64,000 bases of DNA, taken from the NCBI GenBank assembly GCA_965233865.1, contig OZ247587.1, positions 608,001-672,000 on the forward strand, in the 5' to 3' direction. Below, piece after piece: positions 29,827 through 42,099 of this stretch. The DNA comes from Candidatus Neptunichlamydia sp. Its GTDB lineage: Bacteria > Chlamydiota > Chlamydiia > Chlamydiales > Simkaniaceae. Under the pieces are notes generated by a model. The model searched no databases and was not told where the DNA came from. It was given only the letters and a program-made list of their open reading frames with translations. The translations under genes were made by a program, and so were the position numbers. How positions within the stretch are numbered: position 1 is the stretch's first letter; every line of letters begins with the position of its first letter.

Positions 29827-31254
29827 ATGATTCAACTATTAGCTATTATTCTTTACTTTTCACTAGCCTTGAGCGTAGGTTTTTTTTCATATAAAAAACA
29901 AACAAATGCTGCGGGATTTCTGATGGGGAACCGCTCGCTGGGAACATGGCTCACAGCGCTTGCTGCCCATGCAAGTGACATGAGCAACTGGCTTTTTATG
30001 GGTTATCCTGCCATCATCTTTGTTGGCGGCCTTTTCAACGCATGGGTAGCCATTGGCCTTTCCCTTTGCATGCTCCTTAATTGGCAGTGGATTGCTCCCA
30101 AACTCCGTATCCTTACTGAAAAGATGGGCAATCTCACTCTCTCTAGCTTTTTTGAATCGAGACTAAATGATCACACTGGAAAAATTCGCCTTTTTTCAGC
30201 AGGAATTTGTTTCGTGTTTTATACGATCTATATCGCAGCAGGCCTTGTTGGATTAGGCGCTTTAGCTGAAAGTCTCTTTGGAATTGAGTACTCGCTTGGA
30301 ATCATCATCGGGATTGGGATTGTCATTATCTACGTCCTAATCGGTGGGTTTACCACTTTAGCGTGGCTAGATCTCTTTCAAGGTCTTTTTCTCCTGGGAG
30401 TCATTTTAGTTGTTCCTTTCTTAATCTTAGGCAAAGTAGGAGGATTTCCTGCAATTGGACAGGTTCTTGCTGATAAAGCTTCCCTCATTCCCTCATTAAA
30501 GGGTTTTACTTTCTTTCAAATTATCTCGATGGCACTCGGATGGGGACTTGGGTATTTTGGGCAACCGCATATCCTCACGAAATTTATGGGAATCCGAGAT
30601 GTCTCAAAAATGAAACAGTCGAAGCGCATAGGGATGTCATGGATGGTCCTTTCTTTGTGTGCCGCAACATTTGTTGGTCTTGTGGCTGTCCCGTTCTTTT
30701 CCAATGGAATCTACGACCCCGAGATGATCTTTATTGAGATGGTTAAGGAAACTTTCTCTCCCTTTGTAGCTGGCTTTATCCTCTGCGCAATTATTGCTGC
30801 AATCGTCAATGTCATGAGCTCTCAGCTCCTCATCATTTCTTCGATCCTTTCCGAAGATTTTTATAAAAGGATATCTCACAAAAAAGCGAGTGAAAAAAAA
30901 CTTCTAAAAGTCTCTCGGTTGGGGATCCTTGCCGTTGCGCTTCTTGCTTTCATCATTGCCTTTATGCGCCCTGGATCTATTTTCGAGCTTGTGCTCTATG
31001 CATGGTCGGGACTAGGCGCTGTGTTTGGCCCTCTCCTGATTTATATACTCTACTCAAAACGGGTTACTAAACTAGGTGCATGGATCGGGATGCTCTCAGG
31101 AAGTCTCATTTCAGCCGTATGGCCGTTCATTAATCCTTTTTTGCCCGTACCAATCGACTCCCTTTTACCGGCGTTTATCATCAGTTTTGGATTAAACTGG
31201 GGAATTTCTTACAAACTCACATCAGAAAGATCTATGCAGGAAAGGGTTATTTGA
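29827..31254 (+). CDS. putP: Sodium/proline symporter
   Basis: ASDMSNWLFMGYP, WGLGYFGQPHIL, AWSGLGA. Confidence 0.9.
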   Translation: MIQLLAIILYFSLALSVGFFSYKKQTNAAGFLMGNRSLGTWLTALAAHASDMSNWLFMGYPAIIFVGGLFNAWVAIGLSLCMLLNWQWIAPKLRILTEKMGNLTLSSFFESRLNDHTGKIRLFSAGICFVFYTIYIAAGLVGLGALAESLFGIEYSLGIIIGIGIVIIYVLIGGFTTLAWLDLFQGLFLLGVILVVPFLILGKVGGFPAIGQVLADKASLIPSLKGFTFFQIISMALGWGLGYFGQPHILTKFMGIRDVSKMKQSKRIGMSWMVLSLCAATFVGLVAVPFFSNGIYDPEMIFIEMVKETFSPFVAGFILCAIIAAIVNVMSSQLLIISSILSEDFYKRISHKKASEKKLLKVSRLGILAVALLAFIIAFMRPGSIFELVLYAWSGLGAVFGPLLIYILYSKRVTKLGAWIGMLSGSLISAVWPFINPFLPVPIDSLLPAFIISFGLNWGISYKLTSERSMQERVI

Positions 31255-31282
31255 CAATAGCTATCTAGTTTTAGCCAACTTA

Positions 31283-32496
31283 TCAAGAGATGTTTTTCAT
31301 GTCAGATGCTTGAATTTCGCGAGGAACACGATCGATTCCTTCCAGGGTCTCCAACTCTACCGAACGAGCTGCTGCACCCATCTCTTGAAATTTTCTAGCA
31401 GAAACTAACACACGCGACTCAAGAGATCCCACAGCCTTATTGTAGGCATCCACAGAGCTTGCTAAAGTACGGCCAACCTTGCTCCAGTGCTCACTCATAT
31501 CGGTAATCCGTTTATAGAGCTCATGACCAAGCATGCTGACCTCTTGGGCATGAAGAGACAAATTTTCTTGTTTCCAGCCGTATGCAATCGCGCGCAAAAG
31601 GCCAATCAGTGTCGTTGGTGTTGCAATTACAACCCCCTGTTCAACCCCCACTTCAATCAACGAGGGATCATACTCTAGTGCTGAGCTAAAAAAATTATCC
31701 GAAGGAATAAAAAGGACCACAAATTCGGGAGTGGGCTGAAAGCTTTGCCAATAGGCTTTCTTTCCTAGAGCCATTACGTGTTGCCGTACCTGCCGCGCAT
31801 GGTGTCGAAACTTCTTTTCTTTGACAGTTTGATCTTCAGCCTGAATCGCCTCCAAATACGCCTCGCAAGGAGTCTTTGCATCCACAACGACCTGCTTACC
31901 TCCTGGAAGTTTTACGATGAGATCAGGGCGTACTAACCCAGATTCTCTCGTCTCCTGCTCATAGAAGTCACAATGGTTCACCATTCCCGCAAGCTCAACA
32001 ACTCTTTTGAGCTGCATTTCCCCCAGCGCCCTCTAACGATTGGTACTCGAAGGGCCTTTACCAACGTGGCTGTTTCCTTCCTAAGTTCTTTTTCTGATTC
32101 AGTCATCATTCTGAGCTGAGCCTTCAAAGACTCTTGCTCTCCTTTTCTTTCTTTTTCAATTGACTGCATCCCCTTATCTAGTCTGCCGAGCGACTCCTGA
32201 ACCGGTTTTAAAACATGCTCGATCGATTCTTGCCTTTTCTCCAAGTCTCCCTTTGCTTTCTCCTGAAACTTCCCTAGCGTCTCTTTAGCTAGCTGCAAAA
32301 ATGAAAAATTACTCTTCTCAAGGGCTTCACTTGACAGTGCTTTAAATGCCAGAGAGAGCTTCTCTTGCGCTGATTTGATATCCGCAGAGGTCTCTTCCCG
32401 AGCTTTTAAATAAATATTTTCTTCCCGCACCTTCTGCAACTTTAAGTAAAAGAATACGGCTAAGGCTGCCGGAACGACTGCAATTAAATATTCCAT
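31283..32496 (-). CDS. rmuC: DNA recombination protein RmuC; apparent 1-bp frameshift in a G-run at ~32020
   Basis: The RGRWG|EMQLKRVVE motif is split across ORFs 31978-32628 and 31283-32017; RPDLIVKLP, VDAKTP, TPTTL. Confidence 0.92.
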
Positions 32497-32823
32497 GACT
32501 CTATTTAAGCCTATGAAGTGATAAATCTCCAGAAAGCTTTCTCTTTTTATTGCTCCCATGTTCGCATTTTCTCCATAAAAACTCATTTGGTAGAAGGCAA
32601 TGGAACACCTTAACTTCGGTACTACCAATCCTGCGCAAAACTGATCCTTTCAACACATTCCTGATACATTTCGTTGTCCAAAAAAGAAAGCACCTTCGCT
32701 ATTGAAAGTTGCTATCTTCCAGTAGAATTTTCCTTATTGCACGCCTTGGGATGGTTGTGTTTTTTTTTATAGATAATTCTTAAATGAGTGTTGGCAACAA
32801 TAAAAAAATAAGTACAGCGAAGA

Positions 32824-33657
32824 CTAATTTTTCTCATCGTCAATCTCAAAATCAACGAGGGTCTTTGCCTTTTTACCAGCAATAAGACGAATTAGAGTGA
32901 GAACACATCCGATAAAGATATAACCTACGGAGCATACAACGAGCACAACAGGCAAGAAGTAAAAAATTCCGAAGAAGATAAAGATGGCGATCAAAACGGT
33001 AAAAAGAATGAGGTGGAAAGAAGGAACCCGGAAGTGAAGGCTTTTTAGGCTGGGAAACTTCCATTTGCTCACCATAAGATAGCCAAGAAGAATCATGACA
33101 CATGTCAGGGTAATCGCCCGCACAGCATAGGACAAGTTAAACCACTCTTTTGCGAAGGTAGAATGGAGAAAGAGATTCACCGAAATCGCTGCTGCTGCAG
33201 AGGCAGGAATAGGAAGTCCCGTAAAGTTCTTTTTATAAGCATTACTTGCCTCTTTGTCTGTCTTAAGCTCATGTGCTTTTACATTAAAGCGGACAAGGCG
33301 GAGAACTCCGCAAATCGTATAGAGCATTGCTCCGACAACTGCAAAAAACGAAAGACTCGTTGCTGGCTCAAGTGAAAGGCTTTTTAGGAACAGAACTGAC
33401 GGCGCAACCCCAAAGGAAATAGCATCAGCCAAAGAATCAAACATTGAACCAAATTCACTTTCTGCCCGAATGATTCGCGCAACGGCACCATCTAATAAAT
33501 CTGCAAACGCAGCGAGCAGAAGTAGAAGGGCTGACGAATAAAGCAATTCGTAAGTTCCAACTCCAGGCTCTGTCATATTTGTCTTAAAAATAACAAACAG
33601 ACCACATGAAAGGCCAAACGCAGTAATGATATTAGGCAAAAGGTAAAATTGTTTCAT
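32824..33657 (-). CDS. pssA: CDP-diacylglycerol--serine O-phosphatidyltransferase
   Basis: LPNIIT, DLLDGAVAR...FGSMFDSLADAISFGVAP, LRLVRFNV, FTGLPIP. Confidence 0.93.
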   Translation of the reverse strand: MKQFYLLPNIITAFGLSCGLFVIFKTNMTEPGVGTYELLYSSALLLLLAAFADLLDGAVARIIRAESEFGSMFDSLADAISFGVAPSVLFLKSLSLEPATSLSFFAVVGAMLYTICGVLRLVRFNVKAHELKTDKEASNAYKKNFTGLPIPASAAAAISVNLFLHSTFAKEWFNLSYAVRAITLTCVMILLGYLMVSKWKFPSLKSLHFRVPSFHLILFTVLIAIFIFFGIFYFLPVVLVVCSVGYIFIGCVLTLIRLIAGKKAKTLVDFEIDDEKN

Positions 33658-33783
33658 GTCGCTATTTTACCAAAATAAATAGTTTTTGGCGATTCGAATA
33701 TTGCAAAAACCAAGATCTATCATTTCTGTTAAAAAAAGGATGTGTTGAATAAGTCATTTTTCAACAAGCCGATTCTTTTTTAG

Positions 33784-34509
33784 GGTTCTGTTGCAAAAAC
33801 CTTCATCTCCAAATAGGAGCTTACACTTTATTGGATTTCCCCTTTCTAGGCAGCTAAGCCTCTGACCTCGAAGAGGTCTTCAATAAATATTTTTATCTCT
33901 CGGGCGTTTGCATCCAAGATATCATCAATTTGTCCTTTGAAAATCATGTGCATGGCTTCAATGCCTGCAATGGTGTTTCTTGCTGTCTCTAGACTCTTAT
34001 ATCCCATCGCACACCTATGTTGCCTCTTAATTAATCTGTGGTCTTGTTCTAGTAAGTTATTGAGGTATTTGATCTGACGAAGTTTCGTTTTTTCAGGAAA
34101 CCCTTTATTTCTTCTCATTACATTGAATGCTGGAGGGTAGGAAGCACATTTGTCGACATTTTTCCTTTCACTTTGATATAGCTTTCATCAACACGCCATG
34201 AATCATTAGGCTTTACTACAAACGACTTAATTTTCTTCCTGATTTCGGATCCATATTTCTGAACCCATCGATAGATGGTTGTGTGATCAATACTCAATCC
34301 ACGCTCATTTATCATCTCTTCCAAATTTCTATAGCTGAGGTTGTAACGTAAATACCATCGAACGCAAAGTAATATGATTCCTGCTGAATAATGGCGCCAC
34401 TTGTAATGGATGTTGATGATTCATTTTTTCTTCCTGCTTTGATTGCGATAAGATCAAGCATAGATTTTAAATGATTTTTCATCGAGAACGCATTTTTTGC
34501 AACATTACC
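33784..34509 (-). mobile_element. IS6-family element, degenerate with internal deletion
   Basis: IRs GGTTCTGTTGCAAAA / GGTAATGTTGCAAAA; fragments DHTTIYRWVQ, WRVDESYIKVKG, YLNNLLEQDHR. Confidence 0.92.
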
Positions 34510-34649
34510 ACCTAACAGATCCCTCATCTGGAAAAAATTAAAAGATCTTAACTTTACAATTCATAATACACTTGTCTTCTTTGCGTTGAAAATTTCCAGA
34601 TTTTTTTTTTGCTTTTTGTGTCAGTTTTTTGTAGACTTCTAGATCTTGA

Positions 34650-34698
34650 CTACAATATATAGTGTATTAAAGTGAGTGTAGAGTACCAGATGTTGTAG
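34650..34698 (+). promoter_or_regulatory. Tandem NrdR boxes
   Basis: CTACAATATATAGTGT (34650-34665) and GTACCAGATGTTGTAG (34683-34698) fit the acaCwAtATaTwGtgt consensus upstream of nrdA. Confidence 0.8.
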
Positions 34699-34761
34699 AA
34701 TAGGTTAGTTTACTGAAAATCTAAATTATTAGGAATTTTGTTCCAAAATCGAGGTGTTAAT

Positions 34762-37700
34762 ATGGTGAAATCAGAGTCTAAAGCTCGCAATAGTTCTAAA
34801 GAAATGCTCAGCTCCGTCAAAAAAGAAATCATTGAAGGAAGTATCGCGGCCGGTGAAAGTACTTTCACTGTTGTTAAAAGGAATGGAACGATTGTTCCTT
34901 TCCGAAAAGAGCGAATCTTTAAGGCTATTGAATCGGCGCTTCGTGACACAAAAAAAATCGATAAAGAAATTCCCCTTACGGATGATCTCAATGAAGTTGC
35001 TAAACAGGTCACCCATCAAGTAGTGGATCAGCTTTTTGAGCTAGCGTCGAAAAACGTCTCCCTAACAGTTGAAGGAATCCAAGATTTTGTCGAAGTCGCT
35101 CTGATGAAAAATGGTCACCATGATGTTGCTCGTGATTACATCATCTACAGGGACCACCACAAAGAATTAAGAGGGGATGACCCTCGCAATATAAATGTGG
35201 TTCGCCGAGATAGTGAGACCCCTGTACGCTTTAATCCGATTAAGATCGCTGCCTCAATTGAAAAGATCTTTAGGCGGTTAAACCAAATTGAAGGACAGAC
35301 TCCCGATGACATCATTTCGATTGTCAATACCCTTTCTCAGCAAGTTGTTGGAGAAGCTGTTCACCTAGCAAAGACTGATGAACTTCACATTCACAATATT
35401 CAAAACCTCGTTGAAGAAGCTCTCATGGAAGCTGGCTATTTTCAAGCAGCAAAGGGCTATATCCTTTACCGCGCAGAGAAAGGACAGCAAACTGCTGCAA
35501 CGGCTCCTTCAAAAAGAAAAAAGCGCCGCAAAGCAAAAGATGGCGAGAGAAAATTCGAGCTTCAAACGCAGGATGGTGAGCAAAAGTCCATTACTGAAAC
35601 TGAGCTCCTTGATCGCCTTGATCACGCATGCCGCGGGTTTGAAAAAATTGCAAAATCAGAAGAACTTTTAGAAAGTGCCATCCTCAATTTCTATGAAGGA
35701 ATTAAGGAAAATGAAGTTGACCAAGCACTCATTATATCAACCAAAGCAAAGATCGAAAAAGATCCAATTTTTTCCAAAGTTGCAGCACGCCTTCTTCTTG
35801 GTAAGCTCTATCGAGAAACACTTGAAATAGACACTCTTGACCATGACTTAGAAAAAAGACATCTTGTTTACTTTAAAGAGTATATTGCCAACGGCATCAA
35901 ACTTGGCCAGATCTCTCCTGAACTTGCCAAATTCGACCTTGATGCTCTTGGAAAAGCGATGAAGCTAGACCGAGATGACAAATTTCAGTACTTGGGATTG
36001 CAAACCCTTTATGATCGCTATTTTATTCATGAGAACCAGCGCCGCCTAGAAACACCCCAAATTTTCTGGATGCGTGTCGCTATGGGGCTTGCGATGAATG
36101 AAAAAGATAAAACCAAGCACACGCTTGAGTTCTACGAAGCTCTTTCAAAACATGACTATTTGTCAGCAACGCCTACTCTGTTTAACTCAGGAACAACCCA
36201 CTCCCAACTTAGCTCTTGCTATCTCTCCACGATTATGGACGATTTAGAGCATATTTTTAAAACCATTTCTGATGACGCGCAACTCTCAAAATGGGCGGGA
36301 GGACTTGGAAACGACTGGTCTAATGTTCGAGGAACAGGATCCCGCATCAAAGGAACCAACGGACAGAGTCAGGGGATTATCCCCTTCCTTAAAGTGGCAA
36401 ATGACACGGCTGTAGCTGTCAATCAAGGTGGAAAACGCAAAGGTGCTATGTGCGCTTACCTTGAAACCTGGCATATCGATATTGAGGACTTCATTGAGCT
36501 TCGAAAAAATACTGGAGATGAACGGCGCCGTACTCATGACATGAATACCGCAAACTGGATCCCCGACCTCTTTATGAAACGAGTGAAGGAAAATGGAACA
36601 TGGACTCTCTTCACTCCCAATGAAGTGAGTGATCTTCATGATCTATATGGACAAGCGTTTGAAAAACGGTATCTTGAGTATGAAAAAATGGCTGATGAAG
36701 GAAAAATTCTCCTTTGGAAGCGGGTCGAATCCCTTCAACTCTGGAGAAACATGCTGAGCATGCTTTTTGAAACAGGTCATCCATGGATTACTTTCAAAGA
36801 CCCTGCGAATATTCGCTCCCCTCAAGACCATGTCGGTGTTGTCCACAGCTCAAACCTTTGCACTGAGATTCTTCTCAACACATCGAAAGAAGAGACTGCA
36901 GTCTGTAATCTTGGTTCGATCAACCTAGCTGAGCACGTGACAGAAAAGGGTCTCGACGAGAAAAAGCTCGCGAAAACAATCCAAACAGCAATCCGGATGC
37001 TTGATAATGTCATTGATGTAAACTTTTACCCGATTCCTGAGACTAAAAATGCCAATATGGCTCATCGGGCAATTGGCCTAGGCCTCATGGGGTTTCAAGA
37101 TGCGCTCAACATTTTAAGCCTTAGCTACGCTAGCCACGAAGCGGTTGAATTTGCCGATCGTAGCATGGAAATGATCTCTTACTATGCGATTCTCTATTCT
37201 AGTGAGCTAGCGAAAGAGAGAAACCCTTATCCAAGCTATAAGGGTTCGAAGTGGGAACGGGGTCTTCTTCCAATCGACACGATTGATCTTTTAGAAAAGG
37301 AAAGAGGGGAAAAGGTAGAAATGGACCGTTCTTCTTCAATGAACTGGGAGAAAGTGCGAGAGTCAATCCGTAAACATGGAATGCGTCATAGCAATGTGAT
37401 GGCAATTGCCCCTACAGCAACCATTGCAAATATTGCAGGGGTCACACCATCCATTGAGCCCAATTATAAGAATCTTTATGCAAAATCAAATCTCTCAGGA
37501 GAGTTTACATTCTCTAACTTCTACCTTGTTAATAAGCTCAAGGAGCTTAATCTCTGGGATGATGAGATGACCGACGATCTTAAATACTTTGATGGATCGG
37601 TTCTTGAAATCGGACGGGTCCCTGAAGAATTAAAGAAACAATTTCTCACCTCTTTTGAAATTGATCCTGAGTGGATCATCGAATGCGGATCCCGCCGCCA

Positions 37701-37992
37701 GAAATGGATTGATCAAGCGCAATCGCTCAATCTTTACCTGGCAGAGCCAAGCGGAAAAAAACTCCATAGCATGTATCTATTTGCATGGAAGAAAGGCTTA
37801 AAAACAACATACTACTGCCGCACACTTGGAGCCACACAGATCGAGAAATCAACTCTCGATATTAACAAACGTGGCCTTCAGCCACGATGGATGAAGAATG
37901 AGTCACCTTCTGCTAGAATAAAGCTTGATCGAGATGCAGGGCCTGCAGTCCCTGTATGCAATCTTGAAGAAGGTTGTGAAAGCTGTCAATAA
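34762..37992 (+). CDS. nrdA: Ribonucleotide reductase alpha subunit with multiple ATP-cones
   Basis: VVKRNG and VVRRDS ATP-cones; [24 protein letters not shown]-terminal CESCQ; GAGGTG RBS. Confidence 0.97.
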   Translation: MVKSESKARNSSKEMLSSVKKEIIEGSIAAGESTFTVVKRNGTIVPFRKERIFKAIESALRDTKKIDKEIPLTDDLNEVAKQVTHQVVDQLFELASKNVSLTVEGIQDFVEVALMKNGHHDVARDYIIYRDHHKELRGDDPRNINVVRRDSETPVRFNPIKIAASIEKIFRRLNQIEGQTPDDIISIVNTLSQQVVGEAVHLAKTDELHIHNIQNLVEEALMEAGYFQAAKGYILYRAEKGQQTAATAPSKRKKRRKAKDGERKFELQTQDGEQKSITETELLDRLDHACRGFEKIAKSEELLESAILNFYEGIKENEVDQALIISTKAKIEKDPIFSKVAARLLLGKLYRETLEIDTLDHDLEKRHLVYFKEYIANGIKLGQISPELAKFDLDALGKAMKLDRDDKFQYLGLQTLYDRYFIHENQRRLETPQIFWMRVAMGLAMNEKDKTKHTLEFYEALSKHDYLSATPTLFNSGTTHSQLSSCYLSTIMDDLEHIFKTISDDAQLSKWAGGLGNDWSNVRGTGSRIKGTNGQSQGIIPFLKVANDTAVAVNQGGKRKGAMCAYLETWHIDIEDFIELRKNTGDERRRTHDMNTANWIPDLFMKRVKENGTWTLFTPNEVSDLHDLYGQAFEKRYLEYEKMADEGKILLWKRVESLQLWRNMLSMLFETGHPWITFKDPANIRSPQDHVGVVHSSNLCTEILLNTSKEETAVCNLGSINLAEHVTEKGLDEKKLAKTIQTAIRMLDNVIDVNFYPIPETKNANMAHRAIGLGLMGFQDALNILSLSYASHEAVEFADRSMEMISYYAILYSSELAKERNPYPSYKGSKWERGLLPIDTIDLLEKERGEKVEMDRSSSMNWEKVRESIRKHGMRHSNVMAIAPTATIANIAGVTPSIEPNYKNLYAKSNLSGEFTFSNFYLVNKLKELNLWDDEMTDDLKYFDGSVLEIGRVPEELKKQFLTSFEIDPEWIIECGSRRQKWIDQAQSLNLYLAEPSGKKLHSMYLFAWKKGLKTTYYCRTLGATQIEKSTLDINKRGLQPRWMKNESPSARIKLDRDAGPAVPVCNLEEGCESCQ

Positions 37993-38003
37993 TAAGGAGA
38001 ATA

Positions 38004-39029
38004 ATGATGCAAGAAAATACAAAAGCAAAAGCTAGAGCAAAGCGGCTCATCAACTGTACAACTGTTGATGTAAACCAACTTATGCCCCTAAAATATGACT
38101 GGGCATGGGAACACTACCTCAATGGATGTGCCAATCACTGGATGCCCACAGAGGTTCCTATGGGAAAGGATATCGAGATTTGGAAATCAAATCAGCTATC
38201 TGATGAAGAGCGTCTTCTCATTATGAGAAACCTAGGTTTCTTCAGTACTGCTGAAAGTCTCGTGGCAAACAATATCACCCTTGCAATCTATAAGTACGTC
38301 ACGAATCCTGAGTGTCGCCAGTATCTATTACGTCAGGCCTTTGAAGAAGCAATCCATACTCATACTTTTCACTATATCGTTGAATCACTCAATCTCGATG
38401 AGAGTGAGGTCTTTAATATGTACAATGAGATCAAAGCAATCCGCGATAAAGACGAGTTTGAGATGAAATTGACTGAAGAGATCCTCGCAGGAAACTTCGA
38501 TACTTCAACTTTAGAAGGAGCACAGAAGTTCCTTGAAAACCTCATTGGATTCTACATTATTATGGAAGGGATTTTCTTTTATAGCGGTTTTGCAATGATC
38601 CTTTCTCTACATCGTCAAAATAAGATGACTGGAATCGGAGAACAGTTCCAATATATCTTGCGTGATGAGACAATCCACTTAAACTTTGGGATCGATCTAA
38701 TTAATGGAATCAAAGAAGAAAACCCCGAGCTTTGGTCCCCAGATTTTCAGGACTACACGATAGGGAAAATCTGCGAAGCTGTAGAGCTTGAGATCTGTTA
38801 TGCAGAAGAGTGTCTTCCTAAAGGAATCCTGGGTCTTACCGCACCGATGTTCCGCGAGTATACACAATACATCGCAGACCGCCGCCTAGAGCGCATTGGA
38901 CTTAAAACCCAGTACAACTCCAAAAACCCTTTTCCTTGGATGAGCGAAACCATCGATTTAGGAAAGGAGAAGAACTTCTTTGAAACTCGCGTGACCGAGT
39001 ATCAATCCTCTTCTACCCTAACATGGTAA
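38004..39029 (+). CDS. nrdB: Ribonucleotide reductase beta subunit, class Ic type
   Basis: FFSTAE (Glu as first ligand), EEAIHTHTF (Phe at the radical-Tyr position), [16 protein letters not shown]. Confidence 0.96.
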   Translation: MMQENTKAKARAKRLINCTTVDVNQLMPLKYDWAWEHYLNGCANHWMPTEVPMGKDIEIWKSNQLSDEERLLIMRNLGFFSTAESLVANNITLAIYKYVTNPECRQYLLRQAFEEAIHTHTFHYIVESLNLDESEVFNMYNEIKAIRDKDEFEMKLTEEILAGNFDTSTLEGAQKFLENLIGFYIIMEGIFFYSGFAMILSLHRQNKMTGIGEQFQYILRDETIHLNFGIDLINGIKEENPELWSPDFQDYTIGKICEAVELEICYAEECLPKGILGLTAPMFREYTQYIADRRLERIGLKTQYNSKNPFPWMSETIDLGKEKNFFETRVTEYQSSSTLTW

Positions 39030-39032
39030 ATT

Positions 39033-39058
39033 AAAGGGCTCCTTTTGGAGCCCTTTTT
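39033..39058 (+). terminator. Intrinsic terminator after nrdB
   Basis: AAAGGGCTCC-TTTT-GGAGCCCTTTTT. Confidence 0.88.
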
Positions 39059-39193
39059 ATATCTAATTACAGAATTTTTAAGCACTTTCCTATTAAAAAG
39101 AATGTTAAGGACGAATACGGTTCACGCATAGAGTGGACGGGAATGTTCGATCAATCGACTTTCACTGTCCTTGTATCGGAAAGATCTTTTTTA

Positions 39194-40195
39194 TCAGCGA
39201 ATAAGATGATGGGTAGGGAGAGATTGGTAAGCCCAGAGGATGAGCTCCTCTGTTGTTTTCCAGTCAAGGCAGGGGTCTGTGATCGAAAGAGCATTACCCC
39301 CTTGAAGATGGCTCTCGAGCATCATCCCCATAATGAGATGGTTTCCTTCTCTAATTTGCTCCAATATTGAGCAGAAGGCAAGTTGTTGCTTTTTTGGGTC
39401 TTTTTGAGAGTTTCCATGGGCACAATCAATCATAAGGCGAGAGTTGAGACCATAGAGGCGTTGTTTATGGACTGCTTCTGAAATCGCTAGATGGTCGTAG
39501 TTGGAGGCATTTTGAGATCCCCTCAGAACAAGGTGAGTATGAGGGTTTCCCGAAGTTTTTAGAGAACAGATTTGCCCCTCAGAATTAATCCCTATGGAAG
39601 CTTGTGGATGGCGTGCTGCAAGGGCCCCGCATATTGCATTATCAAGGTTGCCATCGGTTTCATTTTTGAAGCCCATTGGCATGGGAAGATGAGATGCCAT
39701 TTGACGATGGATCTGAGAAGTAGAGGTTCTTGCACCAATTACCCCCCACGTCACTAAATCTTCATTATAGGGAGTTAAGGCGGGATCGAGAAACTCCGTA
39801 GCGATGGGGATCTCCATTTCATTAAGTTTTAAAAGAAGTTCTCGGGATGTAAAAAGTCCTTTTTCTATTTCGTAGCTTCCATCAAGAAGGGGATCATAAA
39901 GGAAACCTTTCCACCCAAACTGTGTCCGGGGTTTTTCTAAGAAAACTCGCATAATGAGGAAAATGCGTTCTTTTACTTTATTTGAAAGCTCTTTAAATCG
40001 GGTGGCGTATTCGATTGCGATATCGACATCGTGTATCGAGCAAGGGCCTGCAATGACAATCAGGCGATCGTCCTCCCCACTAATGATATGTTCTGCAGTG
40101 CGACGAAGCTCAGAGACACTCTTTTTCCCTTTTGTATTCAAAGGAAGACTTGAATGAATATTTCCAGGGGTTGTAAGGGGCGTTAAAAATGACAT
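39194..40195 (-). CDS. Class I DAHP synthase (AroF/G/H type)
   Basis: GPCSIHD, MRVFLEKPRT, IGARTS, GFKN, DCAHGNS, SITDPCL. Confidence 0.94.
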   Translation of the reverse strand: MSFLTPLTTPGNIHSSLPLNTKGKKSVSELRRTAEHIISGEDDRLIVIAGPCSIHDVDIAIEYATRFKELSNKVKERIFLIMRVFLEKPRTQFGWKGFLYDPLLDGSYEIEKGLFTSRELLLKLNEMEIPIATEFLDPALTPYNEDLVTWGVIGARTSTSQIHRQMASHLPMPMGFKNETDGNLDNAICGALAARHPQASIGINSEGQICSLKTSGNPHTHLVLRGSQNASNYDHLAISEAVHKQRLYGLNSRLMIDCAHGNSQKDPKKQQLAFCSILEQIREGNHLIMGMMLESHLQGGNALSITDPCLDWKTTEELILWAYQSLPTHHLIR

Positions 40196-40435
40196 TATTC
40201 TTTCCTAATAAACTTTAAGGCTAGCATAAGTATAAATATTATGGATAGCATTCGTCAAAAACTTTTACTTCTTTGTAAAAAGAGTAGAGCTCCTTGCCTT
40301 TTTTACTATCGAGACTCGAGAGTGTTTATCTTCCTGCGTTTGAAGTCGTGCAGGAGATAAATTATGAAATGGAAAAGAATGGAGGGACCGTATATAGTGT
40401 TACGGAGACCTTTTTGAGAACAGACTAATAGATCC

Positions 40436-41836
40436 ATGGAAAAACTGCAATATATTATTGATATCCTTAATGGCTGTATTTGGGGCCCTCCTTTACTCAT
40501 TCTTCTGGTCTTTGTAGGGATCTATCTAACGATTCGTACCCGGGCGATTCAGTTTCGTTATCTCATCTATGCTCATAAGCTGGCGTTTAGTCGCCATGAT
40601 GACGATGCGGAAGGTGACATCAGTCATTTTCAAGCTCTAATGACAGCCTTGGCAGCCACCATTGGTATCGGTAGTATTACAGGCGTTGCTACAGCGATTG
40701 CAATTGGTGGGATGGGAGCCCTCATTTGGATGTGGGGAGCCGCTCTTTTTGGAATGGCTACCAAATATGGAGAGGCAATTCTCGCGATTAAGTATCGGGA
40801 AACCGATGAGTTGGGTGAAATGTGTGGTGGACCCATGTATTACCTTCAAAAAGGGTTGAAATGGAAGTGGCTTGCAGCAGTATTTGCCATTCTTGGCGCT
40901 ATTACGGCGATAGGAACAGGGAATATGGTTCAGGCAAACTCAGTTTCTCTTGCCCTTCAAGATCTGTTTAATATTACTCCAATTTGGTCGGGCCTAGGTC
41001 TTATGGTTCTTGTGGGAGGTGCTTTGATTGGGGGGATTAAGAGTATTGGAAAGGTTGCTGGCATCTTGGTCCCTGCTATGGCAGCCTTTTATATTATTGG
41101 AGGGATTGTCATCATTATTTTGAGGATTGAAGAAATTCCTGCAGCCTTTGCTCTTATTTTTCGATCAGCATTCCAGGGACAGGCAGCCGTTGGAGGATTC
41201 GCCGGCGCTACGATAATGATGGCGGTACAAATGGGAATTTCCCGCGGAGTATTTTCAAGTGAAGCAGGGCTAGGCAGCTCTCCGATTGCAGCGGCTGCAG
41301 CAAAGACAGACACTCCTGGAAGACAAGCTTTAGTTTCAATGTGTAGTGTGTTTATCACAACGGGGATTGTCTGTACAATTACTGGGCTAGTGATCGCTGT
41401 TTCAGGCGTTCTTGGCGAACCAGGACCGGATGGAAAAATGCTTGATGGCTCTGCGATGGCTCTTAGAGCTTTTGATAGTGTTATTCCTTACGGGGGGCTT
41501 ATTGTTACAATTGCCCTTATCCCCTTTGCTTACTCCACAATACTTGGGTGGGCATACTATGGGGAAAAGTGTCTTGAGTATTTTTTTGGATACCGAGTGA
41601 CGAAACTGTACCGCGTTATTTATACCTTGGTTGTTGTTCCAGGTGCAGTTCTTGGCCTCAAACTCATTTGGGGATTTGCAAATATGATGAATGGTCTTAT
41701 GGCATTTCCTAACTTGATAGGCCTCTTTTTTTTGGCGGGGGTAATCGCTAAGGAAACACACTTCTTTGAGCGCTTACTAAAGAAAGAAAAGCAAGAACGT
41801 GCTCTCAAAAAAAAGCAGCGTCGTCTTAATAACTAA
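40436..41836 (+). CDS. Alanine/glycine:cation symporter
   Basis: ISHFQAL, GGPMYY, RGVFSSEAGLGS, WAYYGE, MAFPNLI. Confidence 0.94.
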   Translation: MEKLQYIIDILNGCIWGPPLLILLVFVGIYLTIRTRAIQFRYLIYAHKLAFSRHDDDAEGDISHFQALMTALAATIGIGSITGVATAIAIGGMGALIWMWGAALFGMATKYGEAILAIKYRETDELGEMCGGPMYYLQKGLKWKWLAAVFAILGAITAIGTGNMVQANSVSLALQDLFNITPIWSGLGLMVLVGGALIGGIKSIGKVAGILVPAMAAFYIIGGIVIIILRIEEIPAAFALIFRSAFQGQAAVGGFAGATIMMAVQMGISRGVFSSEAGLGSSPIAAAAAKTDTPGRQALVSMCSVFITTGIVCTITGLVIAVSGVLGEPGPDGKMLDGSAMALRAFDSVIPYGGLIVTIALIPFAYSTILGWAYYGEKCLEYFFGYRVTKLYRVIYTLVVVPGAVLGLKLIWGFANMMNGLMAFPNLIGLFFLAGVIAKETHFFERLLKKEKQERALKKKQRRLNN

Positions 41837-42099
41837 TTCATTTACTTTTCACTCTCTTCAATGGTGATCAGAAAGAGCTAATGAAGATTTTTTCTGATCC
41901 TAAATAAAAAATTATCTTATCCGCAGCTATTTATACAACAAAGCCATAGAAAACTATGATTTTGACAAATTATCTAAAAGCGGAAGAGGACATAGATTTA
42001 TTTTCTAAGAGTTCCCCCTAATGCATTTTAATTATGCTTATTCCATTTCAATTTGCTTTTCGATGAGAATCCCAGTTGAAACGTAATAATTAAAAAGCC

